A stretch of DNA of 58,780 nt, filler included, from Dugesia japonica (taxonomy: Eukaryota): the NCBI GenBank assembly GCA_001938525.1. It is 6 parts of 6 records of this genome, joined end to end, with 100 filler letters (N's around TTAATTAATTAA, not from the genome) between each part and the next. Parts side by side here need not be neighbours in the genome. Positions count along the whole stretch, not along the records: positions 30,079 to 39,716 come from MQRL01583982.1; positions 39,817 to 48,673 come from MQRL01631050.1; 4 more parts are not named here. One strand, written 5' to 3'. This document shows positions 35,487 to 47,300 of this stretch, piece by piece; the stretch's first letter is position 1; each line of letters starts with the position of its first letter. The translations under genes and the position numbers were made by a program. The notes below the pieces were generated by a model. The model was not told where the DNA came from. It searched no databases and saw nothing but the letters and a program-made list of their open reading frames with translations.

Positions 35487-38400
35487 ATGGCGACTAGTAT
35501 TGATCACCATGCACAAGATCACCATGCACAAGATCACCATGCACAAGATCACCATGCACAAGATCACCATGCACAAGAATATGTCGACAAATTTTGTGTA
35601 ATCTGTAATCAAACTTTTAGATCAGTTTATCACTTTGAAACTCATCTAAAAGGTAAATCTCATTTAAAAAAAGTAGAATTAAGTAATTTGGGAAACTTTT
35701 GGAGAAGATGTCACATTTGTGATAGGGATTTTGATAATTTAGTAAACTACAATAGACATTTAAATGGTCGTGCACATATTAATAAAGTAGCAGAAAGTAT
35801 CTCTCATCGGGAAAGACCCAACGAGAATTTATCTCTTGTAAATTTATTCAGAGAATATATTAAACCTGTAGGAGAATATAATGTAGAGACATGCCAGAAT
35901 TCAATGATTAAGTTGAGAAAAGATTTTTTAATGTATAAAAATGAAAGTCAACCAGCAATTGAAAACATTTATCAATTCAATGAAAGAATTAACTTTAATC
36001 TTTTAAAAGAATATTCACCACAAATGAAAGAAATGGTTAGTATTTTTTTCAATAAATTTCAAAAGGCAGCAGTTTCAATAACTTGTACTACAACATATTC
36101 AAAGGATTATGTTGGTGAAGATAATATAACTAATCAAACTTGGGTAAAGAATTATGATGCTCATTCACAGAAAATTACAATGTCTAGTCAAATTAATTGT
36201 ACAATTGATGAAATGTTGNATCAACTTTCTGAAGATATTTTCACAACAGAGATTCAAGGATCAGGTTGGTCATTTGAAAAGTTTAATTCTTTTACAATTG
36301 AACTATCAAATTACAAATCTCTAGTTGGTCAAGGATATATTCCATTACCTATTATATGGAAAAATATTCCTGGAATTTTAAATATCATGAATCCAGAAGA
36401 TGATTTCAACTGTTTTAAATATTGTATAATGGCTCATCTTGATCCTTCTCTCAATGATTCTGTTTATAATTATCAATTTCCACTTTTAGATTTAGATTGT
36501 CCAATTAATTGGAAAGGAATAACAATGCCAATGGTTATAAAAAATATTCCAAATTTTGAAAAACAAAATAATTTTCTAGTCAATGTCTTTGAAGTAATTC
36601 CAAGTAATACTAAACCAATAATACAAAAACTATATTCATCTCACTTGGAAACTAATCCTCATCACACAGTTAGGAAATGTAATTTGTTATTATACAATGA
36701 CCATTCTCAATCTCATAATGGACACTACATTTTAATTAGAAATTTAAACAAAATAAATAACAAATCTAAACATTGTAATGAATTGTGTATTAATTGCATG
36801 ACCTGGAAAAGGGATAAGAAATCATTAATTAATCATCAAGTACTTTGTTTAAAACAGAAAAGTGCAGAAATTAAGTTTTCTTTCAACAAAACATATTCTT
36901 TTAATAAATATTACATGAAGAATAAAAATCCATTCACAATTTACTTTGATATAGAGACTTATAAAAATAGTGATAATGAATTAATTCCATTCTGTTTAGG
37001 ATTATATCTTGTAAGTGAACATCCATTAGTTAAAAATATTTATAATTCTTTCACAGGACCCAACTGTATTTCCAAATTTATTGATTGGTTATTAAAATTT
37101 AATGATTTATTTGAAAAGTTAATTAATCCATCTAGTTGTAAAAGTTATCAATCCATACCACTAAATGATAAAGATTATAGCAATAAAGATTACAATTTAG
37201 CATCTGGTAAAAAGTGTTATTATTGTGAGTTAAACACACCACAGTGTGATTATCTTTCAGTAAATCCATGGACAGGTGTTAATAGAAGTTATGCACATGC
37301 TGATTGTATCAAGATTTATGAGAATTCTAAAAGGTATTTCTTTCCAGTTTATGCACACAACTCTAGTAAGTTTGATAACCATTTCATTTTTAAGGAATTG
37401 TGTAAATCTTATCCAGAAGAAATTACTAATCTGATTCCAATAAATGATGATGTTTATATTTCATTTTCTATAAAAAGAATGAGATTTCTTGATTCTTTAA
37501 GAATGTGTAGTGGTCATTCAGTTGAAAAGATGGGGCAGGATTTATTAAAAAGTAAAAATCATCCTCATTTGGATAAATTTAATCTCAAACCAGCAAAAGG
37601 AATTTATCCATATGATTATGTAAGTGGTGATAATTATTCAGAAGTTAAAAAGAAATTAATAAACTTTACTCCAAATATTGATGACTTTTATAATGTATTG
37701 CGTCAATCTAAACTATCTGAATCTGATTATCAAATATTCCTAAAAGATTATTCAAAATTTAACAATCTAATGGAATATACTCTGCATTACATGAAACTTG
37801 ATGTAATAATTCTAGCAGACTTTTTCGAAAACTTTAGGACTTTATCACTAGAAAGGAATCAAATTGATCCAACTTATTGTTATTCAGCTCCAGGTCTTAC
37901 ATGGGAAATTGGAATGAAAGTTTCAAAAGTTAAATTATTAAATGCTAATGAATCAAACTTTGACATGTTTCTAACTATAGAACAAGGAATACGAGGTGGT
38001 TTTTCAGGAGTATGCGGCAACCGACATGTAGTAGCTGATGAAAATCATACAATAAAATGTCTAGATGAGAATAGTTTATATGCTGCATCAATGACAAAAC
38101 GATTACCTTGGGGTGAAATGAGTTGGGATTATGACAAAACTTATGTTAGAACTAATGATAATTATACAGTTAATGATCATGGTGAAAAGATTTACATGGA
38201 TTACATCTATACAGTTGATTTAATATATCCAAATGATATAAAAGAAAAGACAAAATATTATCCATTAGCTGTAGAAAAAAACTCAATTAGCTATAAAGAT
38301 CTAAGTGATTATCAAAAACATTTATTAAAAATTATGAATCAGAAACAATCTACTAATGAAAAATTAATAATGACACAGAAAAATAAATATAATTATGTAG

Positions 38401-39311
38401 TTCTAGGTAAAGTTTTGGATTTATATATTGATCAGGGAATGATTATATCAAAAGTTCATAGTAAAATAAATATTCCTACTAAATATTGGTTAAAAGATTA
38501 CATCCAATCTAATATTAATTCTAGAGATGCAGCTAAAGTTGATAATGATGATTTCAGAAATTCATTCTTTAAACTATTAAATAATGCATTCTTTGGCAAA
38601 ACTTTGGAAAATGTTAGAAATAGGGTTAATTTATTTATATCAAAGACTAAAAAGGAATTATTAAATCATGTTTCTAAACCAGGTTATAAGTCATCAGTTA
38701 TAATTAATGAACAAGTTGCTTTAATTAAATCATTAAAAAACTTGATTACTTATAATAAATTTCAATATATAGGATTCTTTGTTCTAGATTATGCAAAATT
38801 AATAATGTATGACTTTGTTTATAATCAATTAAATGTATTAATTCCAAATAAAGTCTCTGAGCAATGGAAAATACACTACTCTGATACTGATTCTTTAATG
38901 ATTGAATTTATACATCCAAACATGAATTGGGAAAAATTTAATGAAAAAACACAAATTTCAAATCTATTTGGTAATAATTTATTTCAAATGAAGGATGAAT
39001 ATCCAAATGAAATAATAAAAGAAGCATTCTTTATTAAAGCAAAATCTTATTATTTAGTAAAAGCTAATAAAGTTAATTCTAATAAAGATTTAAAGAAACA
39101 TAAAGGAGTTAGTAATACAAATAACTTTACAGTAAATCAATATAAAAGTGTTTTGTATAATGATTTAACAATAAAAGGAACAAATTACTCAATTAATTCA
39201 AAACTTCATAATGTAAAACAAACTAAACAGGATAAACAAGCATTAACTTCATTTGATGATAAAAGATTTATATTAAATAATGGAATAACTACACTACCAT
39301 TTGGATATTAA
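35487..39311 (+). CDS. Protein-primed family B DNA polymerase with N-terminal zinc fingers, 1274 aa
   Basis: ExoI YFDIETY, ExoII YAHNSSKFD, ExoIII YMKLDV, Pol A LDENSLY, Pol B KLLNNAFFGKT, Pol C YSDTDS, GSGW in the terminal-protein region, and C-terminal DDKRFIL.NGITTLPFGY. Open throughout with one ambiguous base. Confidence 0.97.
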   Translation: MATSIDHHAQDHHAQDHHAQDHHAQDHHAQEYVDKFCVICNQTFRSVYHFETHLKGKSHLKKVELSNLGNFWRRCHICDRDFDNLVNYNRHLNGRAHINKVAESISHRERPNENLSLVNLFREYIKPVGEYNVETCQNSMIKLRKDFLMYKNESQPAIENIYQFNERINFNLLKEYSPQMKEMVSIFFNKFQKAAVSITCTTTYSKDYVGEDNITNQTWVKNYDAHSQKITMSSQINCTIDEMLXQLSEDIFTTEIQGSGWSFEKFNSFTIELSNYKSLVGQGYIPLPIIWKNIPGILNIMNPEDDFNCFKYCIMAHLDPSLNDSVYNYQFPLLDLDCPINWKGITMPMVIKNIPNFEKQNNFLVNVFEVIPSNTKPIIQKLYSSHLETNPHHTVRKCNLLLYNDHSQSHNGHYILIRNLNKINNKSKHCNELCINCMTWKRDKKSLINHQVLCLKQKSAEIKFSFNKTYSFNKYYMKNKNPFTIYFDIETYKNSDNELIPFCLGLYLVSEHPLVKNIYNSFTGPNCISKFIDWLLKFNDLFEKLINPSSCKSYQSIPLNDKDYSNKDYNLASGKKCYYCELNTPQCDYLSVNPWTGVNRSYAHADCIKIYENSKRYFFPVYAHNSSKFDNHFIFKELCKSYPEEITNLIPINDDVYISFSIKRMRFLDSLRMCSGHSVEKMGQDLLKSKNHPHLDKFNLKPAKGIYPYDYVSGDNYSEVKKKLINFTPNIDDFYNVLRQSKLSESDYQIFLKDYSKFNNLMEYTLHYMKLDVIILADFFENFRTLSLERNQIDPTYCYSAPGLTWEIGMKVSKVKLLNANESNFDMFLTIEQGIRGGFSGVCGNRHVVADENHTIKCLDENSLYAASMTKRLPWGEMSWDYDKTYVRTNDNYTVNDHGEKIYMDYIYTVDLIYPNDIKEKTKYYPLAVEKNSISYKDLSDYQKHLLKIMNQKQSTNEKLIMTQKNKYNYVVLGKVLDLYIDQGMIISKVHSKINIPTKYWLKDYIQSNINSRDAAKVDNDDFRNSFFKLLNNAFFGKTLENVRNRVNLFISKTKKELLNHVSKPGYKSSVIINEQVALIKSLKNLITYNKFQYIGFFVLDYAKLIMYDFVYNQLNVLIPNKVSEQWKIHYSDTDSLMIEFIHPNMNWEKFNEKTQISNLFGNNLFQMKDEYPNEIIKEAFFIKAKSYYLVKANKVNSNKDLKKHKGVSNTNNFTVNQYKSVLYNDLTIKGTNYSINSKLHNVKQTKQDKQALTSFDDKRFILNNGITTLPFGY

Positions 39312-39716
39312 TCAGCAATCAATCAGTAATAACCAGCAATCAATCAGCAATCAACAGCATCCAGCAGTAATCAATCAGCAACCAGCAACAATTAGCAATA
39401 AAAAAAACCAAAAATATTTGTCTCTTTTTCACTACAATTTGCATTCAGTCTCGTACATCTTTCAAAAAAAACATGATTTTAATCATTTTTCACTACTTTT
39501 CGCATTCCGGATAGGACGACCAAAAACATCAAAAAAAAAAACATGATTTTCAATTTTTCATCAATAAAATTTTATGTGTAAAATAGTGATTTTTCAATTT
39601 TTCATTTTTTTCTAGTTTTTTACAGTTTTAACTTTTTTTTTCATTTTTTTCATCTTTTTTTTCACTTTTTTCACTATGAAAAAAAAATGAAAATTTATGG
39701 TCTGGGGGTCCCCCCC
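39312..39716. repeat. Low-complexity subterminal region of the Polinton (possible inner TIR)
   Basis: (aatcagc)-like repeats at 39310-39400, T-tract repeats, and a GC palindrome gggggtcccccc at the scaffold end. Confidence 0.45.
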
Positions 39717-39816
39717 NNNNNNNNNNNNNNNNNNNNNNNNNNNNNNNNNNNNNNNNNNNNTTAATTAATTAANNNNNNNNNNNNNNNNNNNNNNNNNNNN
39801 NNNNNNNNNNNNNNNN
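39717..39816. other. Artificial scaffold linker
   Basis: TTAATTAATTAA at 39761-39772 within Ns. Confidence 0.95.
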
Positions 39817-39988
39817 TTCCAGTTTTGAATCGCACAAACTACTTATAAACTGTGCTATCTGCAACGACATCATCTTCGTAAACAGAACAAATCTTTCTTT
39901 TTATTATTTACATTAATTGATTTTGAATTTAATTAAAATTTAATTATTTAATTTCCTTGTTTTTTAAAGTGTAATGGTTGAAAAGTGA

Positions 39989-40062
39989 TACCGTCGAAGC
40001 TCTGTAATCCAAAATTTCCAAAGGACCAGTGTAAAGTATTGAATTACAGTAGTTCGACAGTA
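39989..40062. mobile_element. Mini-MITE with Tc1/pogo-like TIRs
   Basis: TAccgtcgaagctctgtaatccaa ... ttgaattacagtagttcgacagTA is an imperfect 24 bp inverted repeat with TA ends. Confidence 0.65.
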
Positions 40063-40199
40063 TAGATTTTTTATAGGGACTGTACGTTACTGTCGGAATT
40101 AGGAGGAGTTACTTTCTTTTTGCAATAAATATTTAATTAGGAATCAAAACAGAACACATGAGAAACAAAAATATTTGTTAAAATATTGTGTTTATTATT

Positions 40200-40816
40200 T
40201 TAAATTTTATCGAGAAGTTTAACATCAATATGGTGATTATCTGTGTTAATTAGAAGAGTCAATTTTTTTCTAATTTTCAACAACATTCTGCAACATCCGA
40301 ATGGTAATTTCAGACAAAATTTGTGTTATTCTTTTTTCAAACTCAATTATAGTGAATTGCTTTTTGGGGTAGACCTTATGATTAACATGTCCCCATAAAA
40401 AAAATAACAGGGTGTGACATTAGGAAAGATTGGGAAAACCACGACCCATCCTACTTTTTTCATCCAACTATTTGCTGACATCAAAGCCAAATAGAGAGGT
40501 ACTCCATCCTACATAAATATGATGTTCTTATCCATTCTCGTAATAACTCATGGCAAAAATAATTATTCATCATTTCTAAATAATGTGTTTTGCTGATTTT
40601 TTTTTAGTGGACGAAGGTTTCTTTCAGTAGACCAATAAAGATTCTCTAAAGACAATGACAGTTTACTATGTCATTTTAAAAAGAAGTGACCCTCATCATT
40701 AAACATGAGATTTTGAAGAAGAGGTGCTGAATTTTTTATGTCATGATTAGTATATGCTGAATAAATCATTGGATAAACTAATTTGAAATAGTAATTTTTA
40801 GCTGTGTCACCCTGTA
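40200..40816 (-). mobile_element. Decayed Tc1/mariner-superfamily transposon
   Basis: Minus-strand remnant PNVTPC.FFLWGHVNHKVYPKK...EKRITQILSEITIRMLQNVVEN (the SPDLTPxDFFLWG motif region), and terminal TACAGGGTG on the minus strand at 40808-40816. Confidence 0.75.
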
Positions 40817-41058
40817 TTTTTAAAATAATATTTATTTACAATTAATAATAACAAAAATTGAGTAATAACTATTTTCAAGTCAACAATGCNNNNNNNNNNN
40901 NNNNNNNGTTGTTGAATTTGTTCGGGTTTTTAATATTATTTATTATATTTTTAATATTATCTACTAATAAATGTCAGTAGTATTTATACAATAGTGTTAT
41001 ACAGTATTGATTGAAAAGTAAATATAAATCATCCAATAATTATTAATACAATTCTAGA

Positions 41059-41736
41059 TTTAAATCAAATAATTGTTCTGCTGATAAAATAGAAACTGGT
41101 TATAACCAAAATTTTGTGATTAAATTACCATCAAAATTTAAAATGACTTTTAAAGCGAATTTTGATCTTATGAAAGAAAATTCTCATTATTTCGAGGCAT
41201 CTTTAAGGTTTTCGTCATCTGAAACCATTTCTATGGACGTATCAAATGATCATTATCTGTATCCTCCAGATAAAGAAGAATCTGTAAANNNNNNNNNNNN
41301 NNNNNNNNNNNNNNNNNNNNNNNNNNNNNNNNNNNNNNNNNNNNNNNNNNNNNNNNNNNNNNNNNNNNNNNNNCTTCTCAACTCTGCTTTAATGATTTGC
41401 TTTTTTATTGAGGACAGAATACAGATGAAATCCCAACCAAAAACCTATTTATTTGATATTGTTATTTATTATTTATTTATCAATTATTCGGTATCATTTC
41501 CCCGTACAGAAATATTCTATATCTTGAACTATGTGGTAAAAAGTGGATGTTTATATTTCTATCAGATTATTTTGGAAATGGTTGTCAATAATGTGAAATA
41601 TAAAAATTCCACCAGTTCTTTAGTTACAACGAATAAGAAAGATATTACAACAATTGTTAAAAATACACATGCTCATCATAATTGGTTTGGATCTGATTTG
41701 TGTTGGAAGCATTTAATAGATTTTGTTTGTAAATAA
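41059..41736 (+). CDS. Possible host exon(s) of unknown product, gapped
   Basis: Long open frame after a ctAG acceptor, but it spans an N gap and has no recognisable domain. Confidence 0.3.
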   Translation, partial: FKSNNCSADKIETGYNQNFVIKLPSKFKMTFKANFDLMKENSHYFEASLRFSSSETISMDVSNDHYLYPPDKEESVXXXXXXXXXXXXXXXXXXXXXXXXXXXXXLLNSALMICFFIEDRIQMKSQPKTYLFDIVIYYLFINYSVSFPRTEIFYILNYVVKSGCLYFYQIILEMVVNNVKYKNSTSSLVTTNKKDITTIVKNTHAHHNWFGSDLCWKHLIDFVCK

Positions 41737-43599
41737 AAATTTTGTTCTTTGAGATTTGTGTAAACAGTAATTATAAATATTTTTTTTAATTTATGATCAG
41801 ATGAAATAATTTTTAACCCTTTTATGTAAATTATTATACATACATTTTTTGGATTTAGTATAATTATTTATTTCAATTATTTATAATTTGTTGGACTTCG
41901 AGGCTTTCATTGACTTTTCGGAACTTGCGTTCCTTGATTTTGTTCTCAGTATCTGATTTGATCTGCTGGGGGTAGATACCCCGAAACACGGAGAATTTAT
42001 AATTCCTCTGTGTTAATATCTATCTTCCAGCGGTTCTTTGTCATGGCCAATCGTGAATTGAAATCTCCTAAAGTACTCTTGACTCATTTATTGTAAACAC
42101 TTCACAATGTTTACTAGTAACGGATTCATTATTTTTACTTTACTCCCCGTCTGCATAACTTCATTATGTCTGTCAACATGTGGCAGTTCTGCATTAACAC
42201 GAGCTTCAGTAATCGTATCACTCTTTTTTCCGATCAATTTATTGCATCTCTTCCCCAGTGTGATTTAATCTATTAGCTTTTTACTAGATGCTGTCCATTA
42301 CTGTTTTTTTTCGAGTACAACTGTGACTGGTATTGTTATTTGCGATGTACACTATAACATATTGCTCATTATATTCACAGGATTGACTCTCTTTATAATC
42401 CTAATCTTGTCAGGTTCGACTTGTTTCTTCTCCAACGTTTTTTCTTCTTAGACTGGTAAGAAATCTGCATCTTTTGCTTGACCAGTGACCTTCGTTAGTA
42501 TTTGATCATCTCGTTAGTAGTGATTGGCCGGTAATTGATTAATAAATAAATTGGTTTCCCCAAAGTATAATCGGATCTCGATTTCCAGTTTTTGGATCCA
42601 CTTAGCGTATTCGTACTCGTGTTCAATTATTCTTGAACCATCTGATGTGAAGATCAAATAGCGAACCATTTCTTGCTGGATACACCAGGGAGTTATATCA
42701 ATACCTTCCATTGTAATGGTGTTCCAGTGATTTAGCATATGAATTGTTAATCCTGTACTAAAATATATTCCGTCAGTCTGTTGGCGATTTAACATGTTGG
42801 CCTCATGTTGCAATTAATTCGACAGATAAGACATTAAATATTTTAAGATTAAACAATTTCATTAAGCCGATAAAAATGTACGATATAGAATTTATTATAT
42901 TAACAATACTTTGAAAAAAAATTAGTAATAACTAGTTATTAATTTATAATTCCGTAAATACGAGAAGAAACTTTGATATCGTTCTTTTTTCGTAATTCCA
43001 AGTTTAATTTTATATTTTCCGTTTAAACAGTTATAATATTAAAGTAGCAAAATTAAAGTTCTTCAATGATTCTTTATTGTTTTATTTAATGATTGACAGA
43101 TTTTTGAGAAAATGAGATAAACCTCCGATTAAAGTAAATCCAGTATACAAAGCCAATATACAACTATTTTAATAACATATAATCAGTGTTGTGAACATAA
43201 TTTAGTTAGAATAAATGCAAATAATAATCAATTTTTGTTAAAAATACATATACCTCACATTAGTAAAACATGAAAACGGAAAATTTGATGTAAAATTTAT
43301 TAATTTAAAAATATCGAATTAAAACATTGAGATAAATTCTTTAATTATTAAAAACGTATCTGTCTGAACACCTCAATTATAAAATTAAATATACAAGTAA
43401 TATAAACAATGATATAAAATGAGTTAAAATTAGATGATTAAAAAAAATTCTTTAATTGAAATCAATCTGCATTGCATGTCAATTTTTCAAATATTGAGCT
43501 GTTCAAAAATTTCACAATTCAAAAAATTGTAAATTCAAAAATTTACAAATAAGTTAATTAATTTACAAAAATATATAAGCTAAAGCAATCAACATTTGT

Positions 43600-43615
43600 G
43601 GTCCTAAAGAGGACC
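43600..43615 (-). terminator. Histone mRNA 3' stem-loop
   Basis: Minus strand AAAAC-GGTCCT-CTTT-AGGACC-ACAAA, 37 nt after the H4 stop; a 6-bp stem with a 4-nt loop. Confidence 0.93.
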
Positions 43616-43652
43616 GTTTTTAACATTCACATTAAAAGAAAATAGTTGTTAA

Positions 43653-43967
<315 letters not shown>

Positions 43968-44006
43968 TTAAAATTAAGTTATTGTAATTATTATAATTTA
44001 AAGTTG

Positions 44007-44014
44007 TTTATATA
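44007..44014 (-). promoter_or_regulatory. Putative TATA box of H4
   Basis: TATATAAA on the minus strand ~45 bp upstream of the ATG; the AT-rich background weakens this call. Confidence 0.5.
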
Positions 44015-46279
44015 CTAAAATAATTCCTAATTAAATTTATTTTAATATATTACGTTGCGGTATTTTGATGAAAAAGATTTTTATTTCATTTTACGATATT
44101 TTAAAGGTATAATTTTTTTAATTTAAATCTAAAAAACCGTTATGAAAATATTTTGAAAAGAAATTTGAATTTAATAGGCATATAGGTTTATTAATAATGA
44201 GCTTGTAAGTCCAATTAAGACTTACATCTCTACTAAGTTTAATAAAAATATTCGATTAAAAAATGTTAGTTTATATGTTAAAATATGATCCATGAAACCT
44301 GATCAAATTTATTTTAATTTCATACTTTCTGAAGGATTTGCATTTTCTATTAATTCCATTGGAATTTTGAGATATATGCAATAAATCGAACAATGCTTTA
44401 ATTCCATTAGAAAATCAGAGCTTATTTAGTGTTATGCTTAAGGAATGTCGGCTTGTCGAGCTGGAATATCTGTTTTTACCACTTTGAAATCTTGGTTTCC
44501 TCCAAAATACTGGTTGACTGTGCAATAACCTAATTGTAGCAGAGCTGACGAAAAATCTCAAAATTAATCTATAACAATTAGTAATATAATAATAACTATT
44601 TAAAGCAGTGCTGTAATGTGTTCTAAAGAAATTTGATTTGAAATTAATTTAAGGTATCAAAATGATAAAATCAGAAAAATTCAATTTCTATTCATTGCCA
44701 CGAAAGATCAAAATTACTGAATACAATTTCATCTGAAATGAAAAACAACCATATCCATTCAAATTGAAATTACGAAAAAACTTTAATCAATTCTGTTACA
44801 GAAAAATCTTCTGTTCATGGAAAAAAANNNNNNNNNNNNNNNNNNNNNNNNNNNNNNNNNNNNNNNNNNNNNNNNNNAAATAGTTCAAAATGGAAGTGCT
44901 TTATAATTTTATAGACCATATTTCAGTAAGAAAATCATAATGGGTTCGTGTTGCAGAACCAGCTCCAATAAGTTTAAATCAAGTTGTTACTGGAAAAAAT
45001 TTAACTGATGAATCTGATATTAATAATTTGTTGAAAAAAACTCAATAAACCAATTCGTACGAATATTACCACTTAAAAAGNGAAAATCTACGATAGTAGC
45101 AGTTGAAATTTTTAATGTACTAAACTGTCAATCAGCGACTAAAATTTTGCGATAGTAATTATTATCTTTCAATTTGGTAAAATCAATAGATTTCACGTTT
45201 TTCATTCATTTAACATTATTGTGTTTTGATTATGATTAGTATTGTAAATGAGTTTTCAATTTGTCTAATAGTCATTTGGATTACCAATGTCAAAATTAAC
45301 TACTTATTAGTGANNNNNNNNNNNNNNNNNNNNNNNNNNNNNNNNNNNNNNNNNNNNNNNNNNNNNNNNNNNNNNNNNNNNNNNNNNNNNNNNNNNNNNN
45401 NNNNNNNNNNNNNNNNNNNNNNNNNNNNNNNNNNNNNNNNNNNNNNNNNNNNNNNNNNNNNNNNNNNNNNNNNNNNNNNNNNNNNNNNNNNNNNNNNNNN
45501 NNNNNNNNNNNNNNNNNNNNNNNNNNNNNNNNNNNNNNNNNNNNNNNNGTTTGTATGAAACAAATACAAATTATATTAAATAAATCTGACTTGAAATTTT
45601 GTGTTCTTTTAAATGGCTGAGACCCAACGATTTATTTAGTCCTAAGTTTTATAATTCAATAAAAAAGGTACAAATGATAACAATTCAATAATACTGATTC
45701 AGTTAAGTATCTCAGTGAAGTTTGCAAGGAGACTTTTAACCCTTGCTGTAATTATTAAATGATTATAACTTGAATTGTAATTTTATTCAATGTTTTATCT
45801 TTTTAGCCTCTTTCTAGACTCCCTTCGGATAAATCTTTAAAATTCTCTTTAGACAATATCAGATTTATTTTAGTTAATTAATCAATTTTTTCTTTCCTCA
45901 TATTTATCTGAACTTGAATTTTCAATTCACGCTTCTAAATTTTATTTCGTATTCTTTATTAATTCTCCAAAAAACACAATATCGATAAGTTCTTTTTAAA
46001 TTTCTTAATGTTTATCGAATTCTTGTTCTTTTTATAGTCTGAGCACTGGCATCATAATTTTGACTTTTCTGTTTATGTCAGGTGTGACAGGTATTTAATA
46101 ATCTACTTTTTAATATCTTTCTTACGTCGATATTTCAGACCTCTCGTGTTATCTCCTTGTTTTAATTAAATCCGTCTTTTCCCATTAAACTCTTAAACTT
46201 TGGTTGATCTACTTTCTTTTTTATATTACATTCTCTTCTGAACAGTACATTATCTTAATTAAGAGAAGATAAGTTATTG

Positions 46280-47300
46280 AAAAGCTTAGAAGAAAAAGCA
46301 ATTCTCAAACTCCAATCAATTAAAGAGTTTAAATCCAATAATGCAAATTACGAATGACTGAAAACAAAGTTAATTGAATTATAAATCTTCATGTGAAGGC
46401 AACCAAAGTAACTACAATAATTAATATTTTACCTTTAAAGCGGGAAGATATGACTCTTAGACAGTATCTAACTGCCATCAGAGTTGCTGGAATTCAGGAA
46501 ATGTCAGACTATGATAAATTCAACAAAGAAAACGCTCTTATCAATATTTTTGATAGGGTTAAATAATCGTTTGGCAGCCACGGAAATAATGAAACCAAAC
46601 ACTCTTGAAGAAGCTTTTAATTTCATGAAAAAGGAAGATAAAACTCGATATAATGATAAATTGCAAATTTTTAGCAATGATGTCAACACGGAAAAATGGA
46701 AATCTTAAAACGGAGAATAATTGAGCTCGAAAATCGTATAAAAATTTTGGAAAGCAACTAAAAAAACAGATTCTCAAAAGTATCCAAAGTTCAAAAGATC
46801 AAACAAGAAATAAAATGTTATAATTTTTCAGTTGGAAAGGTGATATTGCTCGAAATTGTAACAAACTATAACTAGGGAGGAAATGTAACAAATTCGGACA
46901 CATATCTTGATTTTGTCAAGTAGCCAAAAGATTCAATATTCAGAAAAAAGCTTTTCGAAGATTCAAAGAAACAAATGACAATTAAAATATTGAATATGAT
47001 GAAGCTAGTTGTGATTATGAAAAGTAATTTGAAAATAATAATAAATTTTCAAGATTGTTTCAAAATAAAGAAAAAAAACTGAAAGATAGAAGAAAACAAA
47101 AAGAAATATCATTTATGCAGACGATATTATTAAGTTGAACGAATATATTTGAGGTTCAAGAAACAAATTTCCGATTTACAAGGGACAAAGAACAATGATT
47201 TTAGATAGAAAAAGTGAACCCATGGCAAACAAATCAATAATCAAAGGCAAAGTAGAACAAGATTCAGGAGCAGAGTTCAGCATCATAGATTTCAAACTGT
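46280..47300 (+). mobile_element. Decayed LTR-retrotransposon gag-protease
   Basis: IFLIGLNNRL...PNTLEEAF, zinc-knuckle remnants at ~46815-46920 (KCYNF..GDIARNC; KCNKFGHI) and DSGAEFSII at 47261. Confidence 0.7.

Larger units (their letters stand above)
30079..39716 (+). mobile_element. Polinton/Maverick (adintovirus-like endogenous DNA virus), partial
   Basis: Intronless, tightly packed, co-oriented ATPase, pX-like, minor capsid, cysteine protease and pPolB genes. Integrase and major capsid are not on this scaffold. Confidence 0.95.
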
